A DNA stretch of 64,000 bases, taken from the NCBI RefSeq assembly GCF_056746865.1, contig NZ_CM163382.1; one strand, 5' to 3'. Positions 9,963 to 21,622 of the stretch are shown here, piece after piece (the stretch's first letter is position 1; each line of letters starts with the position of its first letter). The position numbers and the translations under genes are program-made. The notes under the pieces are model-generated. The model was not told where the DNA came from and searched no databases. It worked only from the letters and a program-made list of their open reading frames with translations.

Positions 9963-11665
9963 TACAGAACCTTCACTGAAACCACTTCGTTGCCGTCAGC
10001 ATCCACTACGTGTACCGCACAGGCCATGCACGGGTCAAAGGAGTGAATGGTACGCACCACTTCCAGCGGTTTATTCGGATCGGCAACCGGTGTACCCACC
10101 AGCGACTGCTCGTAAGGACCGACGTCATCATTGAAGTTACGCGGACCAGAGTTCCAGGTTGATGGAACAACCGCCTGGTAGTTGCTGATGATACCGTCTT
10201 TAATAACCATCCAGTGAGAGAGCATACCGCGCGGCGCTTCGAGGAAGCCAACACCTTTGAATTCACCCGTTGCCGGAATGTTCGGCTTCACAAAGGTGGT
10301 GTGATCGCCTTTGCCGATATTGGTGATCAGTGCACTGTATTGGTTTTGCAGGATATCCTGCAATTCACAGCAGTGAACGGTACGACCAATAATACGGCCC
10401 AGCGTGGAGTGCAGCTGTGCCACTTCCAGCGTGTTGCCAGTCAGTTTCTGATAAATCGCAACGATTTCATTCAGTTTGTTCTGGGTAGATTCGCGACCTG
10501 CCGCCAGTTTCACCAGCATATTAGCCAGTGGCCCCACTTCTACCGTTTTGCCGTAGAAAGTCGGTGATTTCACCCAGGAATATTTCCCGTCGTCAGACCA
10601 ACCATCATAAGCCGGAATGGTGGTGCCTTCCCACGGTGCCTGCGGCGCTTCGTCTTTATACCAGGAGTGCTTCGCGCTTTCCTGAATGCCTTTGATCAGG
10701 TATTCATCGGAATGAGAAGTGATCGGACGATACGAGGACAGATCCGCATTCTCAATGTAGCCGCCCGGGAACAGGAAGCTGCCGTTTTTACTGTCGGTCG
10801 GGAATTCCGGCACGCTCAGGTAGTTCACCGCACCTTTACCGCGTGTCAGCCATTCCGGGTAGAACGCGGCAATAACTGCGGTATCAACCTTATAAACCTG
10901 CTCAACAAAGTCGCTCAGTTTGTCGATGAAAGACTTGATGTACATCAGGCGCTCAAGGTTCAGCACGCCCAAACCGTCGAGGTTGATCGGGTTCGCGACA
11001 CCACCTACCGCCAGGTTCTGAATGTGCGGCGTTTTACCGCCCAGCAGCGCCACGACGCGGTTAGCGTCACGCTGGCACTCCAACGCTTGCAGGTAGTGCG
11101 CTACCGCAATCAGGTTCACTTCCGGCGGCAGTTTCATCGCCGGATGACCCCAGTAGCCATTAGCGAAAATACCCAACTGACCGCTGGCAACCAGATCTTT
11201 GATCTTGTTCTGAACTTTGGTGAACTCTTCCGGACTGTTCAGGTGCCAGGTCGAAACGCCTTTCAGCATTTCGGAGGCTTTGGTTGGGTCAGCTTGCAGT
11301 GCAGAAGTGATGTCCACCCAGTCCAGCGCCGAAAGCTGATAGAAATGAACAATATGGTCATGCGTGGTGTGCGCAGCCAGAATGATGTTACGGATGTATT
11401 GCGCGTTAACCGGAACGTCGATATTCAGCGCACTTTCTGCCGCACGAACGGAAGACAGCGCGTGAGTGGTAGTACATACGCCACAGATACGTTGCACAAT
11501 CATCCATGCATCGCGCGGATCGCGGTTTTTCACGATCTCTTCCATGCCGCGCCACATGGTACCGGAAGCCCATGCTTTCGAAACGACGCCATTTTCGATT
11601 TCGCAATCGATGCGTAAATGCCCCTCAATACGGGTTACCGGATCAATAGTAATTCTCTGGCTCAT
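9962..11665 (-). CDS. hybC: [NiFe] hydrogenase 2 large subunit
   Basis: 567 aa; N-terminal RIEGH and C-terminal DPCMACAVH Ni-binding motifs. Confidence 0.95.
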   Translation of the reverse strand: MSQRITIDPVTRIEGHLRIDCEIENGVVSKAWASGTMWRGMEEIVKNRDPRDAWMIVQRICGVCTTTHALSSVRAAESALNIDVPVNAQYIRNIILAAHTTHDHIVHFYQLSALDWVDITSALQADPTKASEMLKGVSTWHLNSPEEFTKVQNKIKDLVASGQLGIFANGYWGHPAMKLPPEVNLIAVAHYLQALECQRDANRVVALLGGKTPHIQNLAVGGVANPINLDGLGVLNLERLMYIKSFIDKLSDFVEQVYKVDTAVIAAFYPEWLTRGKGAVNYLSVPEFPTDSKNGSFLFPGGYIENADLSSYRPITSHSDEYLIKGIQESAKHSWYKDEAPQAPWEGTTIPAYDGWSDDGKYSWVKSPTFYGKTVEVGPLANMLVKLAAGRESTQNKLNEIVAIYQKLTGNTLEVAQLHSTLGRIIGRTVHCCELQDILQNQYSALITNIGKGDHTTFVKPNIPATGEFKGVGFLEAPRGMLSHWMVIKDGIISNYQAVVPSTWNSGPRNFNDDVGPYEQSLVGTPVADPNKPLEVVRTIHSFDPCMACAVHVVDADGNEVVSVKVL

Positions 11666-12840
11666 GCTTTGCTCGCCTCATGACGATTATGATCGTTTTG
11701 TTTTAAAGGAGGAAGTATCGGCAGTAGACGAATGAGTACGATGTAAGCGCAAATCTCAATAGCCACAAAACCAATAGAAATCAACAGTTCTTCCCAGGTC
11801 GGGAAGTAGGCGTAACCGCCGCCCGGGTTGAATGCCACCAGCGAATAGGTCAGACGCCAGGTTGCACAACCTAACAGTGCGCTCAGTGCTGACAGGAACA
11901 GCATGCGGGAATCATTACGCAGCTTCGCCACACGCAGAACGACCAGCGGGAAGAGCATCAGCAGGACTTCAATCCAGAACATCACGGAGTAGAAGTCACC
12001 GGCAAACGCTAACGACAGCTTGTCGCGATAGATAAGCTCGCCAAAGCGCAGCACGATGAAAATCGCCAGCAACACACTGATGGTGTTGGTCAGCTTAACA
12101 AACAGACTCTTTTCATCCGGACCGTTGCCACGCAGACCCGCCTGCACCAGCGAACCTTCAAAGATGACAATCGAGAAGCCCATGATGAACGCCGTCAGCA
12201 GCGAGAACAGCGGCAACATTTCATAGCTCTGCCACAACGGATGCACCTTGTAGCCCGCCGAGATCATCAGCGACCCCATTGAAGACTGGTGCATGGTCGG
12301 CAGCAGCGCACCGAGCGCGATGATGAAGAACATCACCTTATTTAGTCGCTGTAGCGACACCTTCCACCCCAGACGTTCAAACAGTGCCGGAGCAAACTCC
12401 AGTGCCATCACGCCGATATAGATGGTCATACAGACCGCCGTCTCGAACAGTACCGAGTTCACGTTGAAGTGACCCGGAATGTAGAAGTACGGCAGGTTCC
12501 AGTAGCGACCCACGTCGATAGTGATCGACAAGCCACCCAGTGAGTAACCAAACAGACTCGCCAACAGCGCCGGACGCACCAGCGGATGGTATTGCCCACG
12601 GTTAAAGACGTATACCGCCCACGCCAGCGCCCAGCCGCCACAGGCAAAGCCGGTGCCAATCAGCAGGTCAAACGCGATCCACACGCCCCACGGGAAGCCG
12701 CCGTTCAGGTCAGAGACAGAGCCCAGACCGAACACCAGACGCTTCACAATCAGGAGCATACAGATGACGATTAACGGTCCAAAAATCATGACCGGTTTAC
12801 TGATGATTTTGCCGCCCAGCGGTTGTGGATCATGACTCAT
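11662..12840 (-). CDS. hybB: Hydrogenase 2 integral membrane subunit
   Basis: 392 aa polytopic membrane ORF; 4-nt overlap with hybC. Confidence 0.9.
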
Positions 12841-13816
12841 GATCGTCTCCTCCGTCGTGATGGTCGTTTTTGGTGTTGCGACGAACCAGCACGGTTAAGC
12901 CCGCCAGCACAGCCAGTGGTAGCATCATGCCTTTATACAGGGTGTGTTGAATATTTTCGGAACGCGCACCGGTAGAAAGATCGTCCAGTTTCGGCAGGTC
13001 GAGATTTTCATAAGGCACACCCGTCAGTACCAGAACCTGAGTACCGCCGCCCTCTTTCTCGCCGTACAGATGCGGATAATATTTCGGCACCGTATGCAGG
13101 TAAGTGTCGCCAGATTTCAGCGTCTGACGCGGATAGTGGTATTCGCTGCCAGGCTTCAGCGCCAGACGTTTTTTCGCCTCCGCCATCAGCTCTTCACGCG
13201 TACCGAAAATCACCGCGCCCGCCGGGCACACTTCTACGCAGCCAGGTAGACCGCCTTTATCGAGACGTTCCACACCTTTCTGGTTGCACAGCTCGCACTT
13301 ATGCAGCGCACCAAACGGGTTGTTGTAGTCGTACTTCGGCACGTTGTACGGACAGGCGACCATGCAGTAACGGCAGCCGGTGCACACATCTTTGTCGTAA
13401 TGGACAATGCCGGTTTTCGGATCTTTTTTCAGTGCAGAGACCGGGCACACAGAGACACAGTTCGGATCGACGCAGTGCATACACTGTTTCTTAATGTACG
13501 CGTAGCCGTTCTCCTCCTGGTCTTTGTTGACCCCTGTGCCGCTGGTCCACACCTGAATGATGTTATTGGTATACGGCGACAGTTTGTCGTTGTTCGACCA
13601 GGTCTGTTCCCCTTGCGGGTTACGTTCAGGGAAATTGATATCCTGACACTTGGTGACGCAAGCCTGGCAGCCTACGCACAAGGTCGAGTCGTACAACATC
13701 CCCAGCGATCCCGGAATTGGCGGGCGGTTTTCAGCAGCCGCATGACTGACAGACGGCAGCGCGCCCGTCAGCAATGCCCCGCAGGAGGCTGCTTTAATAA
13801 AATTACGTCTGTTCAC
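12830..13816 (-). CDS. hybA: Hydrogenase 2 ferredoxin-type 4Fe-4S subunit (Tat signal)
   Basis: 328 aa; RRNFIK twin-arginine motif; multiple CxxCxxCxxxCP clusters. Confidence 0.9.
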
Positions 13817-13818
13817 GG

Positions 13819-14937
13819 TTATTCTCCCCGTGAGTCAGCGTTATCTTTCTTTTGCTGACGACCCAGTTCACGCACCGCCATCACGCTGACACCGGCAACC
13901 AACCCAACCACACCGCCGAGCAAACCAATAGCGCCTGCAGAGACGTTGCCGCCCTCTTTAGCGTTAACATCCGGTTTCTGTGAACGCGGAGTTTGATTTT
14001 CGACGTTGGCAAGCTGATGGATGCCTTTATGGAAGCCGATACCTTCTTCGTTACAGCCATAGCACGGGTGACCAATCGCCACCGGCCACACACCGCCAAC
14101 ATCGCAGAATTGCAGCGTTGAGCAGTTGCCGTAAGTTTCTGGCCCTTTACAGCCGAGGTGGTACAGGCACCAGCCTTCGCGGTGGCCTTCATCACCGAAC
14201 TCTTTGGCAAAACGACCAGCATCGAAGTGCGGGCGACGTTCGCAGTGTTCGTGAATCAGACGGCCATAGGCGAAGGTCGGACGGTTTTTGTCATCCAGTT
14301 TCGGCGGTTTGCCGTAAGTGATGATGTGCGCAACGGTCGCGAGGAAGTTGTGCGGGTTCGGCGGGCAGCCCGGAATATTGATAACGGTTTTGCCTGGCAG
14401 AACTTCTTGCAGGCTGACTGCGCCAGTTGGGTTAACTCCAGCTGCGGCAACACCGCCCCACGCAGAGCAGGAACCGATAGCGATAATGGCTGCTGCGCCT
14501 TCCGCCGCTTTGCGGATGTGATCCACAATCGGCTCACCGGCAACCATGCAATAAATACCGTTATCTTTTAATGGGATGGAACCATCCACCACTAACACAT
14601 ACTGCCCTTTGTACTTCTCGAGAGCGTTATGTTTGTTCTCTTCGACCTGATGACCGAAGGCGGCGGAAAGCACTTCGTGATACTCCAGAGAGATAGTCTC
14701 CAGTACGAGGTTTTCTACCGTTGGATGCGTTGCACGAAGCAGAGATTCCGTACAACCGGTGCACTCCTGCGCGCCAATCCAGATAACTGGCGGACGCTGC
14801 GGGTTAGTAACCGATTCGGCCATCTCTGCAGCGGCTTTGCTACTTAACCCCATGGTGGCGGCTAATGCTGCACAAAGCTTCATGAAATCACGACGGTTAA
14901 TGCCGTGAGAATGGATGAGGGTGTTATCTCCAGTCAT
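13819..14937 (-). CDS. hybO: [NiFe] hydrogenase 2 small subunit (Tat signal)
   Basis: 372 aa; RRDFMK twin-arginine motif; Fe-S cysteine ligands. Confidence 0.9.
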   Translation of the reverse strand: MTGDNTLIHSHGINRRDFMKLCAALAATMGLSSKAAAEMAESVTNPQRPPVIWIGAQECTGCTESLLRATHPTVENLVLETISLEYHEVLSAAFGHQVEENKHNALEKYKGQYVLVVDGSIPLKDNGIYCMVAGEPIVDHIRKAAEGAAAIIAIGSCSAWGGVAAAGVNPTGAVSLQEVLPGKTVINIPGCPPNPHNFLATVAHIITYGKPPKLDDKNRPTFAYGRLIHEHCERRPHFDAGRFAKEFGDEGHREGWCLYHLGCKGPETYGNCSTLQFCDVGGVWPVAIGHPCYGCNEEGIGFHKGIHQLANVENQTPRSQKPDVNAKEGGNVSAGAIGLLGGVVGLVAGVSVMAVRELGRQQKKDNADSRGE

Positions 14938-15125
14938 TTATAGTTATTCCGTTGCGAAGACCTGGCATATATTTTGCCTCAATCGCAAAATCAATAATGC
15001 GATCGATGCGCCATTTACCACACATTTATTATGGTTATCGATATCATGATACTGCGGCGGGGCGCTAAAACGAAGGGAAGAAGCATTAGTGTAATTAATT
15101 AAAGCAAGATAATACGTATGTTTGA

Positions 15126-15413
15126 TCAATTTTCGAGGCGATAACCGGCCATAAAAAAGCGCAACGTAGAACAGGAATTATTCTCACGAAAGAAATCCAT
15201 TACCATCTCTTTATCCAGTCCATAGCGGCGCGTCAGAATACCCGCTTCCCAGGCGCTAAGCTGGCGATCTCCGGTCTTTTCGTACATCCGGTGTGAGTAG
15301 CCTAATACAAAACCGCGTTTATAATCGGCACAGAATTTTGTCACATTAACCGCACTGTCGGCATGCGTTGCTTTTAATCCCGCCATTAAGCCTTTACCAA
15401 AATGGTTATTCAT
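15126..15413 (-). CDS. yghW: Conserved small protein of unknown function
   Basis: 95 aa ORF matching remembered YghW. Confidence 0.8.
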
Positions 15414-15531
15414 CGTTCACCTCATTCGCTATATATTGTCATATATAGCGATATTTTAGGCAAAGAACGACTTTTGCGCACGCTATTTTTTCATGCTTGT
15501 TTAAGACGTAATCCCGTAAGAGATAAACCTA

Positions 15532-16416
15532 TCAGGAGAGATATTTATCGAACCATTTCAGTGTCCTTTGCCAGGCAAGATCGGCGGCAGATTTGTCATA
15601 ACGGGGCGTGGAATCATTATGGAATCCGTGATTAACCCCCGGATAGATATACGCCTCATAAACCTTATTATTGGCTTTCAACGCCGCCTCGTAAGCAGGC
15701 CAGCCCTCGTTGATTCGGGTGTCCAGTTCCGCGAAGTGGAGTAGTAAAGGCGCTTCAATCTTCGCCACATCGGCAGTGGGTGCCTGACGACCATAAAACG
15801 GCACCGCGCAGGCCAGTTCCGGATACGCGACAGCCGCCGCGTTCGATACGCCACCGCCATAGCAAAATCCGGTAATACCCACTTTGCCTGTCGCTTGCGG
15901 ATAGCGTTGCATAAACTCAATTGCGGCAAAGAAATCATTCATCAGTTTGTTGGATCAACCTGCTGTTGCAGCTCACGACCTTTATCATCATTTCCCGGAT
16001 AACCTCCAACGGAACTTAAGCCGTCAGGTGCCAGGGCGATATACCCCGCCTTCGCCACTCGCCGTGCCACATCTTCGATATACGGATTCAGTCCACGATT
16101 CTCATGCACCACCACTACGGCTGGCGTTTTGCCGCTCATCTTTGCGGGCTTCACCAGATAACCCCGCACCTCGCCGTGACCATTTGGCGAAGGATACGTG
16201 ATGTACTCAGCAACAATTTCCGGGTCGGTAAACTCTACCTGAGTCGCCAGCGCATAATTTGGCTTGAGCAAATCAAACAACGCTAATGCCGTCATCCCGC
16301 CTACTGCACTTCGCCGCAAGGTTGAGGAACTCACGTTTCGAGATTTTCCCGTGAGCGTAATAGTCATAGTAATCCAGCAACTCTTGTGGGAAATCTTTGG
16401 CGGTTAAACGCGGCAT
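15532..16416 (-). pseudogene. yghX: Dienelactone hydrolase-family gene disrupted by two frame changes (three consecutive ORF fragments)
   Basis: Track ORFs 16273-16461, 15942-16367 and 15532-15942 are contiguous pieces of one hydrolase read in different frames; frame breaks near 16307 and 15942. Confidence 0.75.
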
Positions 16417-16572
16417 CGTTGCACTCCTCAGTTGGTGTTTTTTTAAGCAAAGCATAAGCACGTGTTTTTGCCCAGTTTTTCGTCACTCTGTGAGCCAGAC
16501 TACGGGATACGCGCTGGCGAATCGCTAAACTAGAAACATTGTTTCGAAATTGAACGGTGGAAAGGAGAGGTC

Positions 16573-17613
16573 ATGGTCTGGTTAGCGAATCCCGAACGTT
16601 ACGGGCAGATGCAATACCGCTATTGCGGAAAAAGTGGTTTACGCCTGCCCGCGTTATCGCTCGGTTTATGGCACAATTTCGGTCACGTTAACGCGCTGGA
16701 ATCACAGCGTGCGATCCTGCGTAAAGCGTTTGATTTGGGCATTACGCACTTTGATTTAGCCAACAATTACGGGCCGCCTCCAGGAAGCGCAGAAGAGAAC
16801 TTTGGTCGCCTGCTGCGGGAGGATTTTGCCGCTTATCGCGATGAACTGATTATCTCTACCAAGGCTGGCTACGATATGTGGCCCGGCCCTTACGGCTCTG
16901 GCGGTTCACGTAAATACCTGCTCGCCAGCCTCGACCAAAGCCTGAAGCGTATGGGGCTTGAGTATGTCGATATCTTTTACTCTCATCGCGTCGATGAAAA
17001 TACGCCGATGGAAGAAACCGCCTCTGCGCTGGCTCATGCGGTACAAAGCGGTAAGGCGCTGTATGTCGGGATCTCCTCTTACTCGCCAGAGCGGACGCAA
17101 AAAATGGTCGAGTTGCTGCGCGAGTGGAAAATTCCGCTGTTAATTCATCAACCTTCGTACAATTTACTGAACCGCTGGGTGGATAAAAGCGGCCTGCTGG
17201 ATACTCTGCAAAATAACGGCGTGGGCTGTATTGCCTTTACTCCTCTGGCTCAGGGATTGCTGACCGGAAAATATCTCAACGGCATTCCGCAAGATTCACG
17301 GATGCATCGTGAAGGGAATAAAGTTCGTGGTCTGACACCGAAAATGCTTACCGAAGCCAACCTCAACAGCCTGCGCTTATTGAATGAAATGGCACAGCAG
17401 CGTGGACAATCAATGGCGCAAATGGCGTTAAGCTGGTTGCTGAAAGATGATCGCGTGACGTCGGTATTGATTGGTGCCAGCCGCGCGGAGCAACTAGAGG
17501 AGAACGTGCAGGCGCTGAATAATCTGACATTTAGCACCAAGGAGCTGGCGCAGATTGATCAGCATATCGCCGATGGCGAGCTGAATCTGTGGCAGGCGTC
17601 TTCCGATAAATGA
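16573..17613 (+). CDS. yghZ: Aldo-keto reductase (L-glyceraldehyde 3-phosphate reductase)
   Basis: 346 aa AKR-family ORF. Confidence 0.9.
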   Translation: MVWLANPERYGQMQYRYCGKSGLRLPALSLGLWHNFGHVNALESQRAILRKAFDLGITHFDLANNYGPPPGSAEENFGRLLREDFAAYRDELIISTKAGYDMWPGPYGSGGSRKYLLASLDQSLKRMGLEYVDIFYSHRVDENTPMEETASALAHAVQSGKALYVGISSYSPERTQKMVELLREWKIPLLIHQPSYNLLNRWVDKSGLLDTLQNNGVGCIAFTPLAQGLLTGKYLNGIPQDSRMHREGNKVRGLTPKMLTEANLNSLRLLNEMAQQRGQSMAQMALSWLLKDDRVTSVLIGASRAEQLEENVQALNNLTFSTKELAQIDQHIADGELNLWQASSDK

Positions 17614-17652
17614 CCTGTTAATAACGGGCGCGCGAACCGCGCCCGAATCAGA

Positions 17653-18216
<564 letters not shown>

Positions 18217-18337
18217 TCAACATATACGTTAAACCTTTGTCGCATAATTCTGAGGTTTAGGGATCTTCCTGGTTCCCTTATCAACGCATCGAGAACGTCT
18301 ACCCTTAAAGGACGTTGAACCTGAAGGGAGAAAAACG

Positions 18338-19222
18338 ATGTCTCATTTAAAAGACCCGACCACGCAGTATTACACTGGTGAATATCCCAAACAGAAACAA
18401 CCGACGCCAGGCATCCAGGCGAAGATGACACCGGTACCGGATTGCGGCGAGAAAACCTATGTTGGTAGCGGTCGCCTGAAAGATCGTAAAGCACTGGTGA
18501 CAGGGGGCGATTCCGGAATAGGTCGCGCTGCCGCCATCGCTTACGCGCGTGAAGGGGCTGACGTGGCGATCAGTTATCTTCCCGTGGAAGAAGAAGACGC
18601 TCAGGATGTGAAAAAGATCATTGAAGAATGCGGACGCAAAGCCGTTCTGCTGCCAGGCGATTTAAGCGATGAGAAATTTGCCCGTTCGCTGGTTCACGAA
18701 GCGCACAAGGCGTTAGGCGGGCTGGATATTATGGCGCTGGTCGCCGGGAAACAGGTTGCCATTCCGGATATTGCAGACCTCACCAGCGAACAGTTTCAAA
18801 AGACCTTTGCCATTAACGTTTTCGCGCTGTTCTGGCTAACCCAGGAAGCGATCCCCCTGCTACCGAAAGGTGCAAGTATCATCACCACTTCGTCAATCCA
18901 GGCATACCAGCCAAGTCCGCATTTACTGGACTATGCGGCTACGAAGGCGGCGATTCTGAACTACAGCCGTGGCTTGGCAAAACAGGTCGCGGAGAAAGGT
19001 ATTCGGGTGAATATTGTCGCGCCAGGCCCGATCTGGACAGCACTGCAAATTTCCGGCGGACAAACGCAGGATAAGATCCCGCAGTTTGGTCAGCAAACGC
19101 CGATGAAACGTGCGGGGCAACCGGCGGAACTGGCCCCTGTATATGTTTATCTGGCAAGTCAGGAGTCGAGCTACGTCACCGCAGAAGTGCACGGCGTGTG
19201 CGGCGGCGAGCATTTAGGTTAA
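18338..19222 (+). CDS. yghA: Short-chain dehydrogenase/reductase, NADP-dependent
   Basis: 294 aa; GGDSGIGRA Rossmann motif. Confidence 0.9.
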
Positions 19223-19231
19223 AATAAATAT

Positions 19232-19256
19232 CCTCCGGCATAGCCGGAGGTTTTTC
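19232..19256 (+). terminator. Rho-independent terminator of yghA
   Basis: cctccggcatagccggagg hairpin followed by ttttt. Confidence 0.7.
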
Positions 19257-19257
19257 A

Positions 19258-19935
19258 AATGCGCCTATAAGGCTCTCTTACCAGCCGCGCCCTAACAGGC
19301 GCACACGATCTGACATTTGCATCCAACTTCGTTACTTACGGCCCGTAAACGGGCTGCCCGGATAGGGAATCGATAACTGCTCTCCCATTTTATCCTCTTC
19401 AAGCTGGTGCTTTATGTAATCCTGTATCTTCGCCGTGTTCTTACCCACCGTATCGACGTAGTACCCTCTGCACCAGAACTCCCTGTTCCTGTATTTGAAT
19501 TTCAAATCACCAAACTGCTCGTAAAGCATCAGACTGCTTTTCCCTTTCAGATATCCCATAAAGCCGGATACGCTCATTTTGGGCGGGATCTCCACAAGCA
19601 TATGGATATGATCTGCACAGCATTCAGCTTCCAGAATCCGTACACTTTTCCACTCACACAGCTTTCTCAAAATACTGCCTATTGCTCTACGCTTCTCTCT
19701 GTAGAACACCTGTCTTCGGTATTTTGGCGCAAATACTATGTGATATTTACAGTTCCATCGGGTGTGCGCTAAGCTCTTTTCGTTCCCCATTGGGACCCCC
19801 TTTTGATTTCTTGTTTGACACTTGCAGTTGCCAGACCGCAAGGTGTTTTAACAAATCAAAAGGGGTTTTAATAACTGGCTTAAAGCTGAAAGCTTTCCGG
19901 AACCCCCAGCCTAGCTGGGGGTTTTCTGTGCACAA
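19258..19935 (-). mobile_element. IS200-group insertion sequence (IS200/IS605 family); boundaries approximate, about +/-40 bp
   Basis: Contains a 152-aa IS200 TnpA ORF plus upstream hairpins (cccccagcctagctggggg at 19893-19911) typical of IS200 left end; no terminal inverted repeats, as expected for this family. Confidence 0.7.
19332..19790 (-). CDS. tnpA: IS200 transposase TnpA (Y1 HUH single-strand transposase)
   Basis: 152 aa from ATG at 19790 (MGNEKSLAHTRWNCKYHIVFAPKYRR...); HIH motif and C-terminal catalytic Tyr (GYYVDTVG); near-identical to remembered Salmonella IS200 TnpA. Confidence 0.9.
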   Translation of the reverse strand: MGNEKSLAHTRWNCKYHIVFAPKYRRQVFYREKRRAIGSILRKLCEWKSVRILEAECCADHIHMLVEIPPKMSVSGFMGYLKGKSSLMLYEQFGDLKFKYRNREFWCRGYYVDTVGKNTAKIQDYIKHQLEEDKMGEQLSIPYPGSPFTGRK

Positions 19936-19985
19936 AAATGCCCGGTTGTGAAAAGCAACCGGGCATCATTGTGAATTCACTCTTA

Positions 19986-20195
19986 CCTGATGTGGCGAAA
20001 ACGCCTTATCCGCCTACAAACGCATGAAGATTCAACATGTTGCAATAGATTTTGTAGGCCTGATAAGCGTAGCGCATCAGGCATTGAGCACCTAATGCCG
20101 GATGCGTCGTGAACGCCTTATCCGGCCTACAAACGCACGAAGATTCAACATGTTGCAATAGATTTTGTAGGCCTGATGAGCGTAGCGCATCAGGC
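19986..20195. repeat. Two tandem copies of a roughly 90-bp REP-IHF-REP (RIP/BIME-like) unit downstream of exbD
   Basis: Unit gccttatccgcctacaaacgcatgaagattcaacatgttgcaatagattttgtaggcctgataagcgtagcgcatcaggca repeated with 3-4 mismatches. Confidence 0.75.
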
Positions 20196-20204
20196 AATTC
20201 TACT

Positions 20205-20630
20205 TTACTTCGCTTTGGCGGTTTCTTCGCCGACCAGACCTATCTTCAGGTAACCCGCCTGATGCAGCGTATCCATTACCTTCATCAACGTCTCGTAATC
20301 GACGGTTTTGTCCGCTCGGAAGAAGATGGTGGTGTCTTTCTTGCCTTCGGTTAACGCATTCAACGCCGTAATCATTGTTTCATCGGTGACCGGATCGTTA
20401 CCGATAAACATCGAGTTGTCTGCCTTCACCGACAGATAAACCGGTTTTTCCGGGCGCGGCTGCGGCGTGCTGGTAGAAGCAGGCAAGTTCACCTTCACAT
20501 CTACCGTCGCTAACGGTGCCGCCACCATAAAGATAATCAGCAGAACCAACATCACGTCGATAAACGGCGTCACGTTGATATCATGCATTTCGCCGTTATC
20601 GTCGAGGTTTTCGTTAAGATGCATTGCCAT
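20205..20630 (-). CDS. exbD: TonB-system energiser, biopolymer transport protein ExbD
   Basis: 141 aa. Confidence 0.95.
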   Translation of the reverse strand: MAMHLNENLDDNGEMHDINVTPFIDVMLVLLIIFMVAAPLATVDVKVNLPASTSTPQPRPEKPVYLSVKADNSMFIGNDPVTDETMITALNALTEGKKDTTIFFRADKTVDYETLMKVMDTLHQAGYLKIGLVGEETAKAK

Positions 20631-20636
20631 CGGATA

Positions 20637-21371
20637 TTATCCTGCGCGTAATTTTTGTGCGACACGAACCGGATGCGCAGCGGCGCTGGCTTCCAGATCC
20701 AGGTCACGGCTTTGCAGCAACAATACCTGCGCTGCAACATCACCCAGCATCGCTTTAAAGCCGCCAATCTGGCGTGCAAATACGTTATAGATAACGACCG
20801 CAGGAATCGCTGCCACGAGGCCGATTGCCGTTGCTAACAGAGCTTCTGCGATACCCGGCGCAACGACTGCCAGGTTAGTGGTCTGCGTTTGCGCGATACC
20901 AATAAAGCTGTTCATGATGCCCCAGACCGTACCAAACAGACCAACGAACGGAGAAATCGCGCCGATGGTTGCCAGATAGCCGTTACCGCGGCCCATTTGA
21001 CGACCCACTGCGGCGACCCGACGCTCCAGACGGAAGCTGGTACGTTCTTTAATACCTTCGTTATCGTCGCTGCCTTCTGACAGTTCCAGCTCATTCTGCG
21101 CTTCATTGAGCAAATGCAGGCTTAAGCTTTTGCTACCAAAATCAGCGGCGATATCGTTGGCCTGGTTTAAGGAACGCGCTTCAGCCAGCAGTTGCTGCTC
21201 GCGCTTAAGGCGACGCTTCTGATTGAAGAACTCTACGCTCTTACTGAAGAAGATTGCCCAGGTGACTACGGAGGCCAAAATAAGCCCAATCATCACGCAC
21301 TTAACGACAATATCGGCGTGCTGATACATACCCCAGACGGAAAGGTCCGTCTGCATTAAATTATTACCCAC
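20637..21371 (-). CDS. exbB: TonB-system proton channel ExbB
   Basis: 244 aa. Confidence 0.95.
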   Translation of the reverse strand: MGNNLMQTDLSVWGMYQHADIVVKCVMIGLILASVVTWAIFFSKSVEFFNQKRRLKREQQLLAEARSLNQANDIAADFGSKSLSLHLLNEAQNELELSEGSDDNEGIKERTSFRLERRVAAVGRQMGRGNGYLATIGAISPFVGLFGTVWGIMNSFIGIAQTQTTNLAVVAPGIAEALLATAIGLVAAIPAVVIYNVFARQIGGFKAMLGDVAAQVLLLQSRDLDLEASAAAHPVRVAQKLRAG

Positions 21372-21435
21372 TGTGTATCTCCAGGACGCAAGTCACAAAA
21401 TCTGCGCATAATAATATCAAAACGACGTCGAATTG

Positions 21436-21454
21436 ATAGTCGTTCTCATTACTA
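21436..21454. promoter_or_regulatory. Fur-box-like sequence upstream of exbB
   Basis: tgatagtcgttctcattac partially matches the gataatgataatcattatc consensus (about 13/19); exbB is known to be iron regulated. Confidence 0.35.
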
Positions 21455-21580
21455 TTTGCATACTGCCGTACCTTTGCTTTCTTTTCCTTGCGTTTACGCA
21501 GTAAAAAAGTCACCAGCACGCCATTTGCGAAAATTTTCTGCTTTATGCCAATTCTTCAGGATGCGCCCGCGAATATTCAT

Positions 21581-21604
21581 GCTAGTTTAGACATCCAGAC
21601 GTAT
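21581..21604 (+). promoter_or_regulatory. Tandem MetJ boxes (agacatcc agacgtat) in metC promoter
   Basis: Two adjacent 8-mers closely matching the AGACGTCT metbox, about 20 bp upstream of metC ATG. Confidence 0.55.
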
Positions 21605-21622
21605 AAAAACAGGAATCCCGAC

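Noticed and set aside
10667-11617. 316-aa plus-strand ORF
   Set aside because: Antisense to hybC; shadow ORF.
19940-19964. Hairpin gcccggttgtgaaaagcaaccgggc considered as part of the IS200 left end
   Set aside because: Its T-run is on the minus strand immediately downstream of exbD and the REP cluster, so it is more simply the native exbBD terminator; the IS200 boundary was therefore placed inside it, with stated uncertainty.
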